Of a stretch of 64,000 bases of DNA, positions 27,948 through 37,358 are shown piece after piece. Source of the stretch: Kiritimatiellia bacterium (GTDB taxonomy: Bacteria; Verrucomicrobiota; Kiritimatiellia; UBA8416; JADHWI01). Location: the NCBI GenBank assembly GCA_030744755.1, contig JASLPY010000002.1, forward strand, positions 67,006-131,005. Reading direction: 5' to 3'. A program made the position numbers and the translations under genes. The notes beneath the pieces are model-generated. The model ran no database searches, was not told where the DNA came from, and was given only the letters and a program-made list of their open reading frames with translations. The first letter of the stretch is position 1, and every line of letters begins with the position of its first letter.

Positions 27948-30305
27948 TCAAGGGAGGAGAAGGAGATGGCCATTCCAGGAGAACCGGGGGAGATCCTGCG
28001 CTCCGGGGGCGGGGGCAGAGAAGGTGAAGAGTGAGTAATGAGGAAAATCAGTTCTTGCGAACTCAGCTTTCTCCTTAAGGACCGTGCCCAGGAAAGTCTC
28101 CATTTCATCTGCAAGCCGGGATACCACGGCAACCCCCAGGCCATCGCGGGGCCGGAATGTTCTTTCGATCCTTGTGTACGAATACCGTGGATTGAAACGG
28201 GGATAGACCGGCAGGCGGTTGTCCCTCGAAGGCAGTTTTGTGATCAGGGAGGAGCTTAGCCAGCGGTCCGTCACCGTGAAATCCACCCCCTTATCGATTA
28301 TCGCTTCGGTAATGTCTTCGACTTCCTCTTCTGAAACCGGAGATCCATTGCCGAGCTGCTTGAACAACCTCAGCTCGTTAATCTCCCAGGGTCGTTGAGA
28401 AACGATGTCGATCTTGACGTATTGCGCGGTAACGGGTTCGAAGCGAATCTCACCCCGTGCGTAATGCCCCATGATGTACGCCTTGTTGCCGTCAACGTAG
28501 GCATGCAGTGCCCTGTCGATACCGCCACGCCTGATGTAGTCGGTGCCATTGGTGGACGTTGACAGGTGCCAGGTTCCCGGCAGAAGGTCACTTTTGGTAG
28601 ACGTTAAGAATGCACAGCCGAGAGTGACCGGACGTTGCGCATCAATGATGATGCTGCAGGTCACGGGTCCGGTTTGGCTGCGGGCAAAGGCCAATGCAGT
28701 ATTCGCAGAATGATCGATGGCGAAGGATGGTTTCCCCGTGACCGGCCCGCTGGTTGTAATTCCCAGGTCGGCCAAGGGTACCGAGGATTCATTGATCCGA
28801 GGAACTTCGATCGAGTGAAGTATCATCTCTCCGCTATCGATAACTTTGTAATCGGTAATACCGGCCGCGGTGAAGTTTGCTTTCACCTTGCTGAAATGCC
28901 TCCTCGAACACATGAACGCCATGTTTGGGTCCTGTTCTGCGATCTGGGCGGAAGGGTCGTAACGTTCGTAATAGGAAGAAACAAAGCGCAGGCGATCCCT
29001 CGCGAAGAAGCTGAGAATCTGGCCGGAAAGTCCGCCGATGTCAGATCCAATGATGGTGACGTTTTTCAATCCCGCCGTTTCCACCAGGTCGACAACCTCG
29101 AAGTACTCGGCGCACCTTGCCTTCTTCTTTGGGGCCTTTGCCCTTGAGGTCATTTCTCCTGAGATCGCATTGAATGAAACCCAGGCGACAAGAGCCAGCC
29201 ACGCAAACCGTCTGAGCATACGATTCTTTGCTGTCACCGCGGAGGCGAAGGTTGTGCAGACAAGGACAATGGTCAGCGGGATGAGGTATCTGGGGGCGCC
29301 AAGACCGGCCATGGGGTGGGGCAGGTACATCACGAGGAATACGCCGGCGAACAGCAGGGGAACCCAAACGGTTCTGTTGCGCCCCGGCCGCAAGCTGGTG
29401 CAAACATGGCACAGGAACGGAACGGTCAGTACGCCAAGACAACCCAGGACAAAGAGATTGACCATTGTGAACTCACGAGTGACCGGCCATGTGAAAAGCG
29501 CCGGCATGGTTTCGCAAAGTACCTTCAGGTTGCCGGGAATCAGTTTCAACGATGGTGTGTCGGTTGTCATAGAGTCGAATGCGACATCACCTGTAACGAG
29601 CAATACGGGAATCAGGCCCAGCAACGAGACTGCGCCCGCGAATGCAAGGGCGGTCATTGTGGTCTTGTTGATCCCTTTTCTACAAAGGGTCAGCAGCAGG
29701 ATCAGCGCACCGCTCGCGAGGTACGATAGCACCTGGAGATTTGTCCATATGCCGAGCGCAGCAGACACACCCATTCCTGCCGCGTGGAGCCATTTGCTTC
29801 GCGGCGACAGGTCATGGAGAAGCATCCGCAGGGCAAGCCAGAGGAAGAAGGTTCCGAAGAAGAAGGTGCCAGGATAACCGCCGTGTGCTGCAAGGCTGAA
29901 CCATTGTGCATACCAACCAGGCACCGCCACGCAAAGAGCCGCAGCAATGGCTCCGGTCCGGCCGAACAGTTCTCTGAACAGAAAGTAAGAAGCGGCAATC
30001 CACATCAGTGCAAACAGGATGGGAGATAAGGACAGGGAAACATCCGACACTCCGAAGATGAGGAACATCAGAGAAGCAAGGTAAGCCTCGAGGGCGCCCA
30101 TGTAGCTTTGGCCATAGAAGAACAGCGGACGTGACACACCTTTAAGAATATGCAGTCCCATGAGACCAACTGTCGCCGTATCGAACTCCACGAAAAATGC
30201 AAGTATCGACATTCTCAGCCGAACAAGAAACCCAAGCAGCAGTATGGCCGGCAACGCCAGTTTCCAGGCGCATTCTCTAAGAGATCTTTTCTTTTCCTGT
30301 GACAT
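27948..30305 (-). CDS. ArnT/PMT-like GT-C glycosyltransferase (GT39/GT83-type) with a C-terminal discoidin-like domain
   Basis: DTATVGLMGLHILKG...FFYGQSYMGALEAYLAS is the PMT_2/ArnT-family N-terminal signature. The C-terminal ..QYVKIDIVSQRPWEINELRLFK resembles an F5/8-type C domain. Confidence 0.75.
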   Translation of the reverse strand: MSQEKKRSLRECAWKLALPAILLLGFLVRLRMSILAFFVEFDTATVGLMGLHILKGVSRPLFFYGQSYMGALEAYLASLMFLIFGVSDVSLSLSPILFALMWIAASYFLFRELFGRTGAIAAALCVAVPGWYAQWFSLAAHGGYPGTFFFGTFFLWLALRMLLHDLSPRSKWLHAAGMGVSAALGIWTNLQVLSYLASGALILLLTLCRKGINKTTMTALAFAGAVSLLGLIPVLLVTGDVAFDSMTTDTPSLKLIPGNLKVLCETMPALFTWPVTREFTMVNLFVLGCLGVLTVPFLCHVCTSLRPGRNRTVWVPLLFAGVFLVMYLPHPMAGLGAPRYLIPLTIVLVCTTFASAVTAKNRMLRRFAWLALVAWVSFNAISGEMTSRAKAPKKKARCAEYFEVVDLVETAGLKNVTIIGSDIGGLSGQILSFFARDRLRFVSSYYERYDPSAQIAEQDPNMAFMCSRRHFSKVKANFTAAGITDYKVIDSGEMILHSIEVPRINESSVPLADLGITTSGPVTGKPSFAIDHSANTALAFARSQTGPVTCSIIIDAQRPVTLGCAFLTSTKSDLLPGTWHLSTSTNGTDYIRRGGIDRALHAYVDGNKAYIMGHYARGEIRFEPVTAQYVKIDIVSQRPWEINELRLFKQLGNGSPVSEEEVEDITEAIIDKGVDFTVTDRWLSSSLITKLPSRDNRLPVYPRFNPRYSYTRIERTFRPRDGLGVAVVSRLADEMETFLGTVLKEKAEFARTDFPHYSLFTFSAPAPGAQDLPRFSWNGHLLLLP

Positions 30306-30393
30306 ATCTTCTTTCCTGCCCCGCTTCGTGAAAAAGAGTGTCCACTCCAGTTACCTGCAAATCAAGACCGTTCTTGGCTTGTCAAAGGGTCTC

Positions 30394-30423
30394 TTGACAC
30401 AAGGCGAAGATAATAGCTAGTGT
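30394..30423 (+). promoter_or_regulatory. Possible sigma70-type promoter (TTGACA ...18 nt... TAGTGT) for the outer-membrane protein gene
   Basis: TTGACA at 30394-99 and tagtgt at 30418-23 in the divergent intergenic region. The ribosome-binding site aaaggggt precedes the ATG at 30448. Confidence 0.25.
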
Positions 30424-30447
30424 ATTTCCTTCAAAGGGGTACTGAAT

Positions 30448-31263
30448 ATGACTACATTGACCATCGGGTTGCGTATCACTTACAGGCGGGTGATCCTTTT
30501 GGGGATTGTCCTGCCACTGTTCTGTTCTGCACAAGTCATTGCCGGCGGCCTTCTCCCGAAGACGAGGGGTATGCCCCAGTATCCCGACAACCATCCACTT
30601 AGCCGACTGGGCGTTTCGTTCGAGCTGTCGCAGTCATTGCGTGACGTTGAGGAATATGACGACCGTTCGCTTTTTGGCGGAGAGCGCGATACATCCGGAT
30701 CGGTAGAGCTCCAGGCTGCTTTGTTGGATGTGTCGTATCGTGTTCTGCCTTGGACCAGCGTTGCCCTTAAACTGGGCTTTGTCTCCGCCGACTTCGAAGA
30801 TTTCTCAACACAGGGTTACGAGCACTCATACGACTTAGGCCCGGTGTGGGGATTCGGGATGTGCCAGCGCCTGTTCCAGGAACGGCGTTACGGCATATCG
30901 GTTGACACAGTATTCGAATATATTCAGGGATCTCCCGATGAGTGGGAGACGCTGACATCGAGCGGTATCCTCACGAGCTTTGACCCCTTCGTTGAGACGT
31001 GGCACCTCGACGTTCTGGCGACCAAGGAATGGGGCAGGCTCGCCGGGTACACGGGCCTGAGATACTCCGATCTGATTCTAAAATATGAGCATCCCAGTAA
31101 CGACTACGAGTCCGGAACCCGCCAAGGTGGCTTTGAAGCTACGGATCACCTGGGGCTGTTTGGCGGCGTGTCGTACATTGTCGCCGATGGGGTAGTTGTC
31201 GATGCAGAGATAAGCCTCATCGATTCCATGGGCTTATACCTGGGCGCATCTTACCAGTTCTGA
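30448..31263 (+). CDS. Outer-membrane beta-barrel protein
   Basis: Signal peptide. Alternating amphipathic beta-strands. C-terminal ...GLYLGASYQF with a terminal Phe, a typical beta-barrel signature. Confidence 0.6.
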   Translation: MTTLTIGLRITYRRVILLGIVLPLFCSAQVIAGGLLPKTRGMPQYPDNHPLSRLGVSFELSQSLRDVEEYDDRSLFGGERDTSGSVELQAALLDVSYRVLPWTSVALKLGFVSADFEDFSTQGYEHSYDLGPVWGFGMCQRLFQERRYGISVDTVFEYIQGSPDEWETLTSSGILTSFDPFVETWHLDVLATKEWGRLAGYTGLRYSDLILKYEHPSNDYESGTRQGGFEATDHLGLFGGVSYIVADGVVVDAEISLIDSMGLYLGASYQF

Positions 31264-31294
31264 TTAACCAGATTCTTAGATAGGACGCATTCAC

Positions 31295-32680
31295 ATGGAG
31301 CACTCAAGTTCACAAACGTCCCTTCGCACCCTGTATATCATGGCTCTCTCCGTACTGCTGGCAGTTCCTTCTGCCGGCCGTGCCGAAGAAACCCCGTCCT
31401 GTGCTGTTCTAACATTCGCGCACGGGACAGGCGTATCGCCTTCCGAATCGGTTCTTCTAACCAGGAAGTACTGCGATGCTCTCGACGTGCTGGAGACCTA
31501 CCAACTCATGTCCTATCGCCAGATGAACGGTAGCCTGACAAAGAGCGGTTTCGGCAGCACCCGGTACAGCTCGAATCTCGAGAGAGCGATAGCCGCCGGT
31601 AGACTACTGGCGGTCGACTTCCTGGTATTTGGAACGGCGTACAGCGATGCAAACGGGAGTTACCTGAATTCATCCCTCCTGGACGTGAGATCCGGACAGC
31701 GTATAAAGGCGGTTGTTACGAGTGCACGCGGCGGAATGGAAGATATGGCCTCGCTAATTGCAACGGACAATATCCGGGCACTTCTCGGCGGGGATGCTGA
31801 TCAGCAGCAACTGCCGGCGCCGGTGCCTGCCCCGCGAACCGGTCGGCAGGAGATTCCAATGTACCAGCCCGGCCCGGATCGTTCTGCCGTGGACTATTCT
31901 GATGAACCGGGTCCCAAGACGGCGGTTATGCGGACCGGTGAAGGCGGGCGGTGGGACTTCCTCCCTGACGTACGCGGTATCCAGCTGCCCAGCCTGGGTG
32001 GAATCCCGGAAGACCTGAGGTTCGAGCTGGCAGCATCGATTACCAGGATACGTGACAGAGAAATGACGGAAAAGGGAGGCCTCGACAATAAATCGGTCTT
32101 CAAACATTACAGGGTTTCGTCCGACAGGTTCCTGCTTGATGCCGACGTGATCCTGATGGACAGGTTGCGCGTTCGGGGCACTTTGGGTGTGGCAGACCTC
32201 GAATTGCACTCCAGCGAAGGATCGACCTGGGAGTTTGATGCGGCTTTCGCGTATGGAATATCGGCAGAAGCCCTGCTTTACAGACTCCCCAATGCCCCTG
32301 TTTCGTTCTTTGCCTCGGTCGGGTACCTGGCCTTCAATGCCGACGATGGATCACTCACCGGCGTGGATGAGCCGGACCACCATTTCGTCGGTTGGGACGA
32401 AATAGACGTAGACTGGAGCGAAATCGGTTTTTCTGTATGGACGAGGTACGAAGTTACGGAAGACTGCAGAATGGATGCCGGTGCCAGGGTGATAAAGGTC
32501 TCGGGAGACGAATCCGGGAGCGGGGGTGGTGTCAGTGCGAGCGGGGATCTTGACGAAGACGACAGCTTCGGTCTATTCACTGCCCTCGAGTACGACATCC
32601 TCGATCGACTCAGAACGAAGCTCCAGGTGAATTTCGTGGACAGCACCGAGCTCCGAGTTGCTCTGCAGTACGAGCTCTGA
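31295..32680 (+). CDS. Putative outer-membrane protein with an N-terminal periplasmic alpha/beta domain
   Basis: Signal peptide. N-terminal domain of about 170 aa (CsgG/TolB-N-like, weak). C-terminal beta-rich half ending ..RVALQYEL. Confidence 0.45.
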   Translation: MEHSSSQTSLRTLYIMALSVLLAVPSAGRAEETPSCAVLTFAHGTGVSPSESVLLTRKYCDALDVLETYQLMSYRQMNGSLTKSGFGSTRYSSNLERAIAAGRLLAVDFLVFGTAYSDANGSYLNSSLLDVRSGQRIKAVVTSARGGMEDMASLIATDNIRALLGGDADQQQLPAPVPAPRTGRQEIPMYQPGPDRSAVDYSDEPGPKTAVMRTGEGGRWDFLPDVRGIQLPSLGGIPEDLRFELAASITRIRDREMTEKGGLDNKSVFKHYRVSSDRFLLDADVILMDRLRVRGTLGVADLELHSSEGSTWEFDAAFAYGISAEALLYRLPNAPVSFFASVGYLAFNADDGSLTGVDEPDHHFVGWDEIDVDWSEIGFSVWTRYEVTEDCRMDAGARVIKVSGDESGSGGGVSASGDLDEDDSFGLFTALEYDILDRLRTKLQVNFVDSTELRVALQYEL

Positions 32681-32747
32681 TTGTTCCCCCGTCAGGGTTC
32701 ATCCACCGCACATCCGGGACTCGGTCAGCCGATGCAGATGCCGGCTA

Positions 32748-34124
32748 ATGACTTTGCCTATGAAATTCAGGCGGGATATCTCCGATTACCGGAACGTGGA
32801 AGGGATAGCAGCCATAGTCAAGAATGGCCTCTGCCACAGGTGTGGTGCATGCGTCGGGATATGCCCGGCCGGTACTCTTTCACTGAACGGTGAGGGGTTT
32901 CCAAAGCAGACAAGCGAATGCATAAACTGCAATCGCTGCGTCCAGGTGTGTTCCGGAATTGTCGTGGACTGCGAAAGTATGGGCCGCGACATGTTCGGCG
33001 AGACGTACCGCTATGGTCCGGCACTTGGTGAATTCATAGACACGGTTGTGGCACATGCCACGGATGAGGAGATACGCTGGTGCGGTGCAAGCGGAGGCGT
33101 GATAACCCAGCTACTGGTTTATCTTCTCGAATCGGGCCAGATCAAGGGCGCGCTGGTCGCAGTGCAGCACCGCGATGATCCTTCGATGGGAGAAGGAATC
33201 CTGGCGAGGACCAGGGAGGAACTGGTTGCCGCGGCACAGTCAAGATACACAACGACACCAAGTCTCACGGCTTTGAAAGATATGTCCGGAGAAGATGGCC
33301 CTTTCGCCGTGGTGGGATTGCCTTGCCAGATTCATTCGGTGCGCATGCTGCAGAAAGTCGACAAGAGCTGGGCGCGTAAAGTGGTGCTTACCATCGGCCT
33401 GGTGTGTTCACACAACCCCCCCTGCATTGCTACACGAGAGGTGGCCGCCATGTTCTCCCGGGGCAAAGCACAGCTCGAGAAGGCGCACTACAGGCAGAGC
33501 GATCAGCGCGGCTGGCCGCACGACACGGTAGAGCTCAAGTATAGCAATGGCGAAGTGCGGCGTTCACCGTTCGGACCCGCAGAGACCGTAACCCTGCTGA
33601 AGAACCTGTACCCGCTGGGACGTTGCCTGATGTGCGTGGATGCAACGGCGGAGTTTGCGGACATTGGTGTAGCTGACCCTTGGATAAGGAATGAGAAGGG
33701 CTACTGGCGATACACCGATCCCGGCGGTTGGTCCAGCTTGATAGTGCGCACCGAGAAGGCCCGCCAGGATCTGCAGTCGGCCGTGGATGCGGGTAAACTC
33801 GTTATGCATCCCCAGCCCCCGGCGGAGATCGAGGCTGGACAGTACCGCATGATGTCCACAAAGAAGATCAAGGTGCCATGCCGCCTCCTCTGGCGCAAAT
33901 GGTTCGGATGGCCAGTGCCTTTTGTGACGGCCAGCCTTCCCAAGTCATCCCCGTGGCTAATGGCGCGCTCCCTGGTATATATGGCAACCAGGGTTATTCC
34001 GGTGTGGAAGCCTTTTCGGCTGTTCCTGCTGCGGTTGGGTTTTTCGCGCGTGGGGATTCGACTCATGGCCTTCCGCAAAGAACAGAAGCGAAAGAAGGCC
34101 GTAGAGAAAGCTGCGCGGTTGTAG
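32748..34124 (+). CDS. Coenzyme F420 hydrogenase/dehydrogenase beta-subunit-family FeS flavoprotein (FrhB/FdhB-like)
   Basis: Two ferredoxin-type clusters (CHRCGACVGICP, CINCNRCVQVC), then the FrhB-like core (..GASGGVITQLLVYLLESG..VVGLPCQIHS..). Family members pair with pyruvyl transferases in polysaccharide loci. Confidence 0.8.
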   Translation: MTLPMKFRRDISDYRNVEGIAAIVKNGLCHRCGACVGICPAGTLSLNGEGFPKQTSECINCNRCVQVCSGIVVDCESMGRDMFGETYRYGPALGEFIDTVVAHATDEEIRWCGASGGVITQLLVYLLESGQIKGALVAVQHRDDPSMGEGILARTREELVAAAQSRYTTTPSLTALKDMSGEDGPFAVVGLPCQIHSVRMLQKVDKSWARKVVLTIGLVCSHNPPCIATREVAAMFSRGKAQLEKAHYRQSDQRGWPHDTVELKYSNGEVRRSPFGPAETVTLLKNLYPLGRCLMCVDATAEFADIGVADPWIRNEKGYWRYTDPGGWSSLIVRTEKARQDLQSAVDAGKLVMHPQPPAEIEAGQYRMMSTKKIKVPCRLLWRKWFGWPVPFVTASLPKSSPWLMARSLVYMATRVIPVWKPFRLFLLRLGFSRVGIRLMAFRKEQKRKKAVEKAARL

Positions 34125-34137
34125 TCACGCCGGCGGG

Positions 34138-34875
34138 TTACTTGCGCATCCTCACCACCTTGGCAGGTACACCATAGGCTATGCAGAAATCCGGGAGATC
34201 CTCCGTTACAACGGCATGCGCCCCGACTACGGTGTGACCGCCCACGGATCGGCCGTCCATGACGGTCACCCGTGCGCCCAACCATGATCCGTCTCCTACC
34301 GTGACGCCACCCAGCGTTATCGTTGGTTGATCTATGATGGGAATATCAGTGCTGTCGGTTTCGTGGGTTGCCCCCACAAGGTAACAGTAAGCAGCCAGCA
34401 GGACTTTCTTCCCTACCCGCGTGTGCCCGTATGTGCCTATCCGGCAGTAGCTGCCTATGTTTGCGCCATCGTCGATTTCTATGGTGCCTCCGGCCATGGA
34501 GATGATGGTTCCCGCACCGATGAAAACTCCATCGCCGATGACAACACCTTCGCCGTCATCTCCCTTTGCGTCTATAGTGCAGCCGCTGTCCACGATGACA
34601 TTGTCGCCAAAGCTGACACGATGAGGATGGCGGAGGACAACATTTCGTCCGATGGTAAGCCGTTTGCCACATTTCCTGAACAAGAACGGATAGAACTTGC
34701 GTCTGAGCCAGAAGCCCATTGCCCCCGGGCAGGATCCGAACAGCACTGTTATCAACTCATACTTAAGAAGATTCCACCAGCCCCCGTGACCCGTGACGAC
34801 AGTCTGGTACTGGGCGACGGGTCCGGCACCACCCGTCAGTACAACCTGTGTTCCGTCCTTCTTGAGGTCAGCCAT
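34138..34875 (-). CDS. Hexapeptide-repeat (left-handed beta-helix) acetyl/acyltransferase
   Basis: Repeated [LIV]-G-x-x-x-x hexapeptides (..IGDGVFIGAGTIISMAGGTIEIDDGANIGSYCRIG..). Start placed at the second ATG to limit overlap with the upstream gene. Confidence 0.8.
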   Translation of the reverse strand: MADLKKDGTQVVLTGGAGPVAQYQTVVTGHGGWWNLLKYELITVLFGSCPGAMGFWLRRKFYPFLFRKCGKRLTIGRNVVLRHPHRVSFGDNVIVDSGCTIDAKGDDGEGVVIGDGVFIGAGTIISMAGGTIEIDDGANIGSYCRIGTYGHTRVGKKVLLAAYCYLVGATHETDSTDIPIIDQPTITLGGVTVGDGSWLGARVTVMDGRSVGGHTVVGAHAVVTEDLPDFCIAYGVPAKVVRMRK

Positions 34876-35986
34876 CGTGTTCGCCTTCCGCCTGGACATC
34901 GTCTGCGACAGGAATCAGTTCAGCCTCGGAGAAATCGTGTTCCCGGTGCTTATACGTAATATAGAACAGGAAACCGACGATTCCCACAACTAGAAGTTTG
35001 AGCCTTATCAGGAGCCCCATGGAAAGTGCTTCGGCACTGCCGATTTCGAGTAGCCCGAAGAAAACAACGAATACCCCCTCCGTGAATCCAAGGTTCCCGA
35101 GAAGCGTTACCGGCATCATGGCCACCAGCATAGCGGCAGGTACGAGAGCCGATATCCCGAGGAAGTCGGGATCCACCCCGAATGCCCTGAAGGAAACGTA
35201 CACATTCACCCACGTCATGAAATAGAAGAAGATTGTCAACACAACAACAGCCCACAGCGCCCTCGCGTGGCCTTTCAGGGCGCCGACGGCCAGGAGCAGC
35301 TTCTGGTGGAACTTCTCGAGGTGCAAGAAGGTTCGATCCAAGAAACGCTCGAACCGGTCGATTCCCCTTGCGGACACCCCGGGGTCATCTGTCCCTACCT
35401 TCTTCCGGACGAACCCGAGGACATCCATGGCTACTCGCCGGGGAAGTCTGAGGGGTTCGGGGACTCGCCACATCCACACCATGATCGAAAGAAGGCCCAC
35501 AGCGCCCAGGGCCGGCATGAAGACAAGGGGAGACCGGTAAAGCGACGGTTTCAGTGCCGGCGCAACAATCGCAAGTATCAGCAGCAGAATGATTCCCGTG
35601 AATCTCTCTATAAAGGTGCTGACAGCCGCCTGGTACTGGTCTCCTATGTGCCTGCCGATATAGTACGACCGGACAACATCACCACCTACATTGGAAGGCA
35701 GCATATTGCTGAAAAAGTACCCGATCAGGTAGATACGCATAAGGAAAAAGAAACTGATACTCCTGCCATGCTGCGCGAGCAGCACCTTCCACTTAAGGCA
35801 GCTTGACGGAATCATGATGGGAACCAGCAGGAATGAAAGGGTGAAGTAAAAAGGATCAACCTGGGACAGGATCTTTGAGAATTCGCCTTCACGCAGGCTG
35901 GAAAACAGCACGACAAAGAACAGGACGCTAATGCAGGCTTTTGCCAGGACAACCTTGGGTTTCATGCGGCGGACTGTACTATCCAT
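34868..35986 (-). CDS. Flippase-like domain (LPG-synthase-TM/UPF0104) membrane protein
   Basis: FLLVPIMIPSSCLKWKVLL...NMLPSNVGGDVVRSYYIG matches the TIGR00374/UPF0104 signature. Confidence 0.7.
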   Translation of the reverse strand: MDSTVRRMKPKVVLAKACISVLFFVVLFSSLREGEFSKILSQVDPFYFTLSFLLVPIMIPSSCLKWKVLLAQHGRSISFFFLMRIYLIGYFFSNMLPSNVGGDVVRSYYIGRHIGDQYQAAVSTFIERFTGIILLLILAIVAPALKPSLYRSPLVFMPALGAVGLLSIMVWMWRVPEPLRLPRRVAMDVLGFVRKKVGTDDPGVSARGIDRFERFLDRTFLHLEKFHQKLLLAVGALKGHARALWAVVVLTIFFYFMTWVNVYVSFRAFGVDPDFLGISALVPAAMLVAMMPVTLLGNLGFTEGVFVVFFGLLEIGSAEALSMGLLIRLKLLVVGIVGFLFYITYKHREHDFSEAELIPVADDVQAEGEHDG

Positions 35987-36048
35987 GGCGGACGTTGAGA
36001 AGGAAATTTGAATGAGGAAGAGGAACGCATGAGTTGCCTTTCTCTTTC

Positions 36049-36067
36049 TGTGGGCGGCCCGCCCACA
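36049..36067. promoter_or_regulatory. Perfect 19-bp palindrome tgtgggcgg-c-ccgcccaca between the two flippase-like genes
   Basis: Exact dyad. On the minus strand it is followed by A/G-rich rather than U-rich sequence, so not a classical terminator. Confidence 0.3.
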
Positions 36068-36092
36068 AGGGGTTTATGCCTGGATCAACGAA

Positions 36093-37277
36093 TTACGACA
36101 GGTGATAGATTGCCATGAGGATCAGGGCTGTCAGCACGACTGAAGCCAGAACGCGGGTATAGAAGAGGCCCCGCGACCCCACGGGATATGTTTGCCTATC
36201 GAGAAGCTGATCGTGCTTGAAGAATGGAATCATCAGGATCATCAGGGCGAGCGCACCCAGAGAATACCCGTAGATCTGCGTAAAGAGATGATGCGAGACG
36301 CTGGTCAGCTTGGCGATGTCCGCCGGGAAACCAAGTAGTTCGAACACCAGCGCCCAGGCCCCTTCGTAAGCCCCGAAGCCCGCAATGCCTGATATCGGCA
36401 GGCTTGCCGCCAGCTCGGAGGAACACAGACCAAGAAACACGCGCGGCACGTTCAATTGGGCGAATCCGTATCCCTTGGGCCCTATCAACGCAAACAAGAA
36501 GACATACAGCGAACCGTACTTGGCGACTCGAACCAAGATCGAGAGTGTCATCAACCGGTCATAGATTCCCGTAGATCTGACGTCCCGGACATCCTGTTCC
36601 GCCTTCTCCCATGCCGCCTGCCACTTGCTTCTCCGGGCCGCGGGGAACAGGGAGAGCTGTCCCAGTATTCTGCCGCCGATACTGAACATCCACGGTAAGG
36701 CACACAACACGGCAACAGTAATGGCCATCAGCGCGCAGCCCGCGGAGACGAGAATGACTGGAGAAATCCCGGTTGATCCCCACGTGGCTAATGCCGCTAG
36801 AGCGATCATGGGGGCCAGCGCGACCATGTCGAAAAGGAATGACAGGGAGAAACTTGACGCGGCTGCGCTGAAGGGGACACCAAGGCGACTGGTCACTATG
36901 TACACATAGATCAATGTTCCCAGCCGTGCCGGCAGGAGATCCGAGAAGAAGTTCCGGACAATAACCACGAGAAAAAGCGAACTCGATGGAGGTACGTAGC
37001 CCGATGTTCTGAGGCACAAGAGGTAACGCCATGTACGGAACACGCTCATCGCGATGGACAGGACAAGGAACATCGCGACGCCGCGGCGGTCCGCGCCGCG
37101 TATGAGGTCAAACACCTCGCCCAGCGAGACATGTGAGAGCAGATAGGAGAATATTCCAATCGTGACAATGAGGCTGAAAACGGCGTAAAGGAAGTTTTTC
37201 CGGAGTATCTTAAACACGAATCTCTTTCCCTTTTTAGGGCGGTATTCCTGGACAGAAAACTGTACGAACCATAGCAT
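36093..37277 (-). CDS. Flippase-like domain (UPF0104) membrane protein, paralogue
   Basis: ..FSDLLPARLGTLIYVYIVTSRLG.. matches the same family. Start moved to MLWFVQF.. at 37277 because the long form overlaps the divergent gene at 37359. Confidence 0.6.
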   Translation of the reverse strand: MLWFVQFSVQEYRPKKGKRFVFKILRKNFLYAVFSLIVTIGIFSYLLSHVSLGEVFDLIRGADRRGVAMFLVLSIAMSVFRTWRYLLCLRTSGYVPPSSSLFLVVIVRNFFSDLLPARLGTLIYVYIVTSRLGVPFSAAASSFSLSFLFDMVALAPMIALAALATWGSTGISPVILVSAGCALMAITVAVLCALPWMFSIGGRILGQLSLFPAARRSKWQAAWEKAEQDVRDVRSTGIYDRLMTLSILVRVAKYGSLYVFLFALIGPKGYGFAQLNVPRVFLGLCSSELAASLPISGIAGFGAYEGAWALVFELLGFPADIAKLTSVSHHLFTQIYGYSLGALALMILMIPFFKHDQLLDRQTYPVGSRGLFYTRVLASVVLTALILMAIYHLS

Positions 37278-37358
37278 GGTCGCCGGCAAATGGCACCAAC
37301 ATAAAGCTATTCGCGCTTGCTTGCATTTTGACCGCAATCGTGGAATGCTTCTTCCGGT

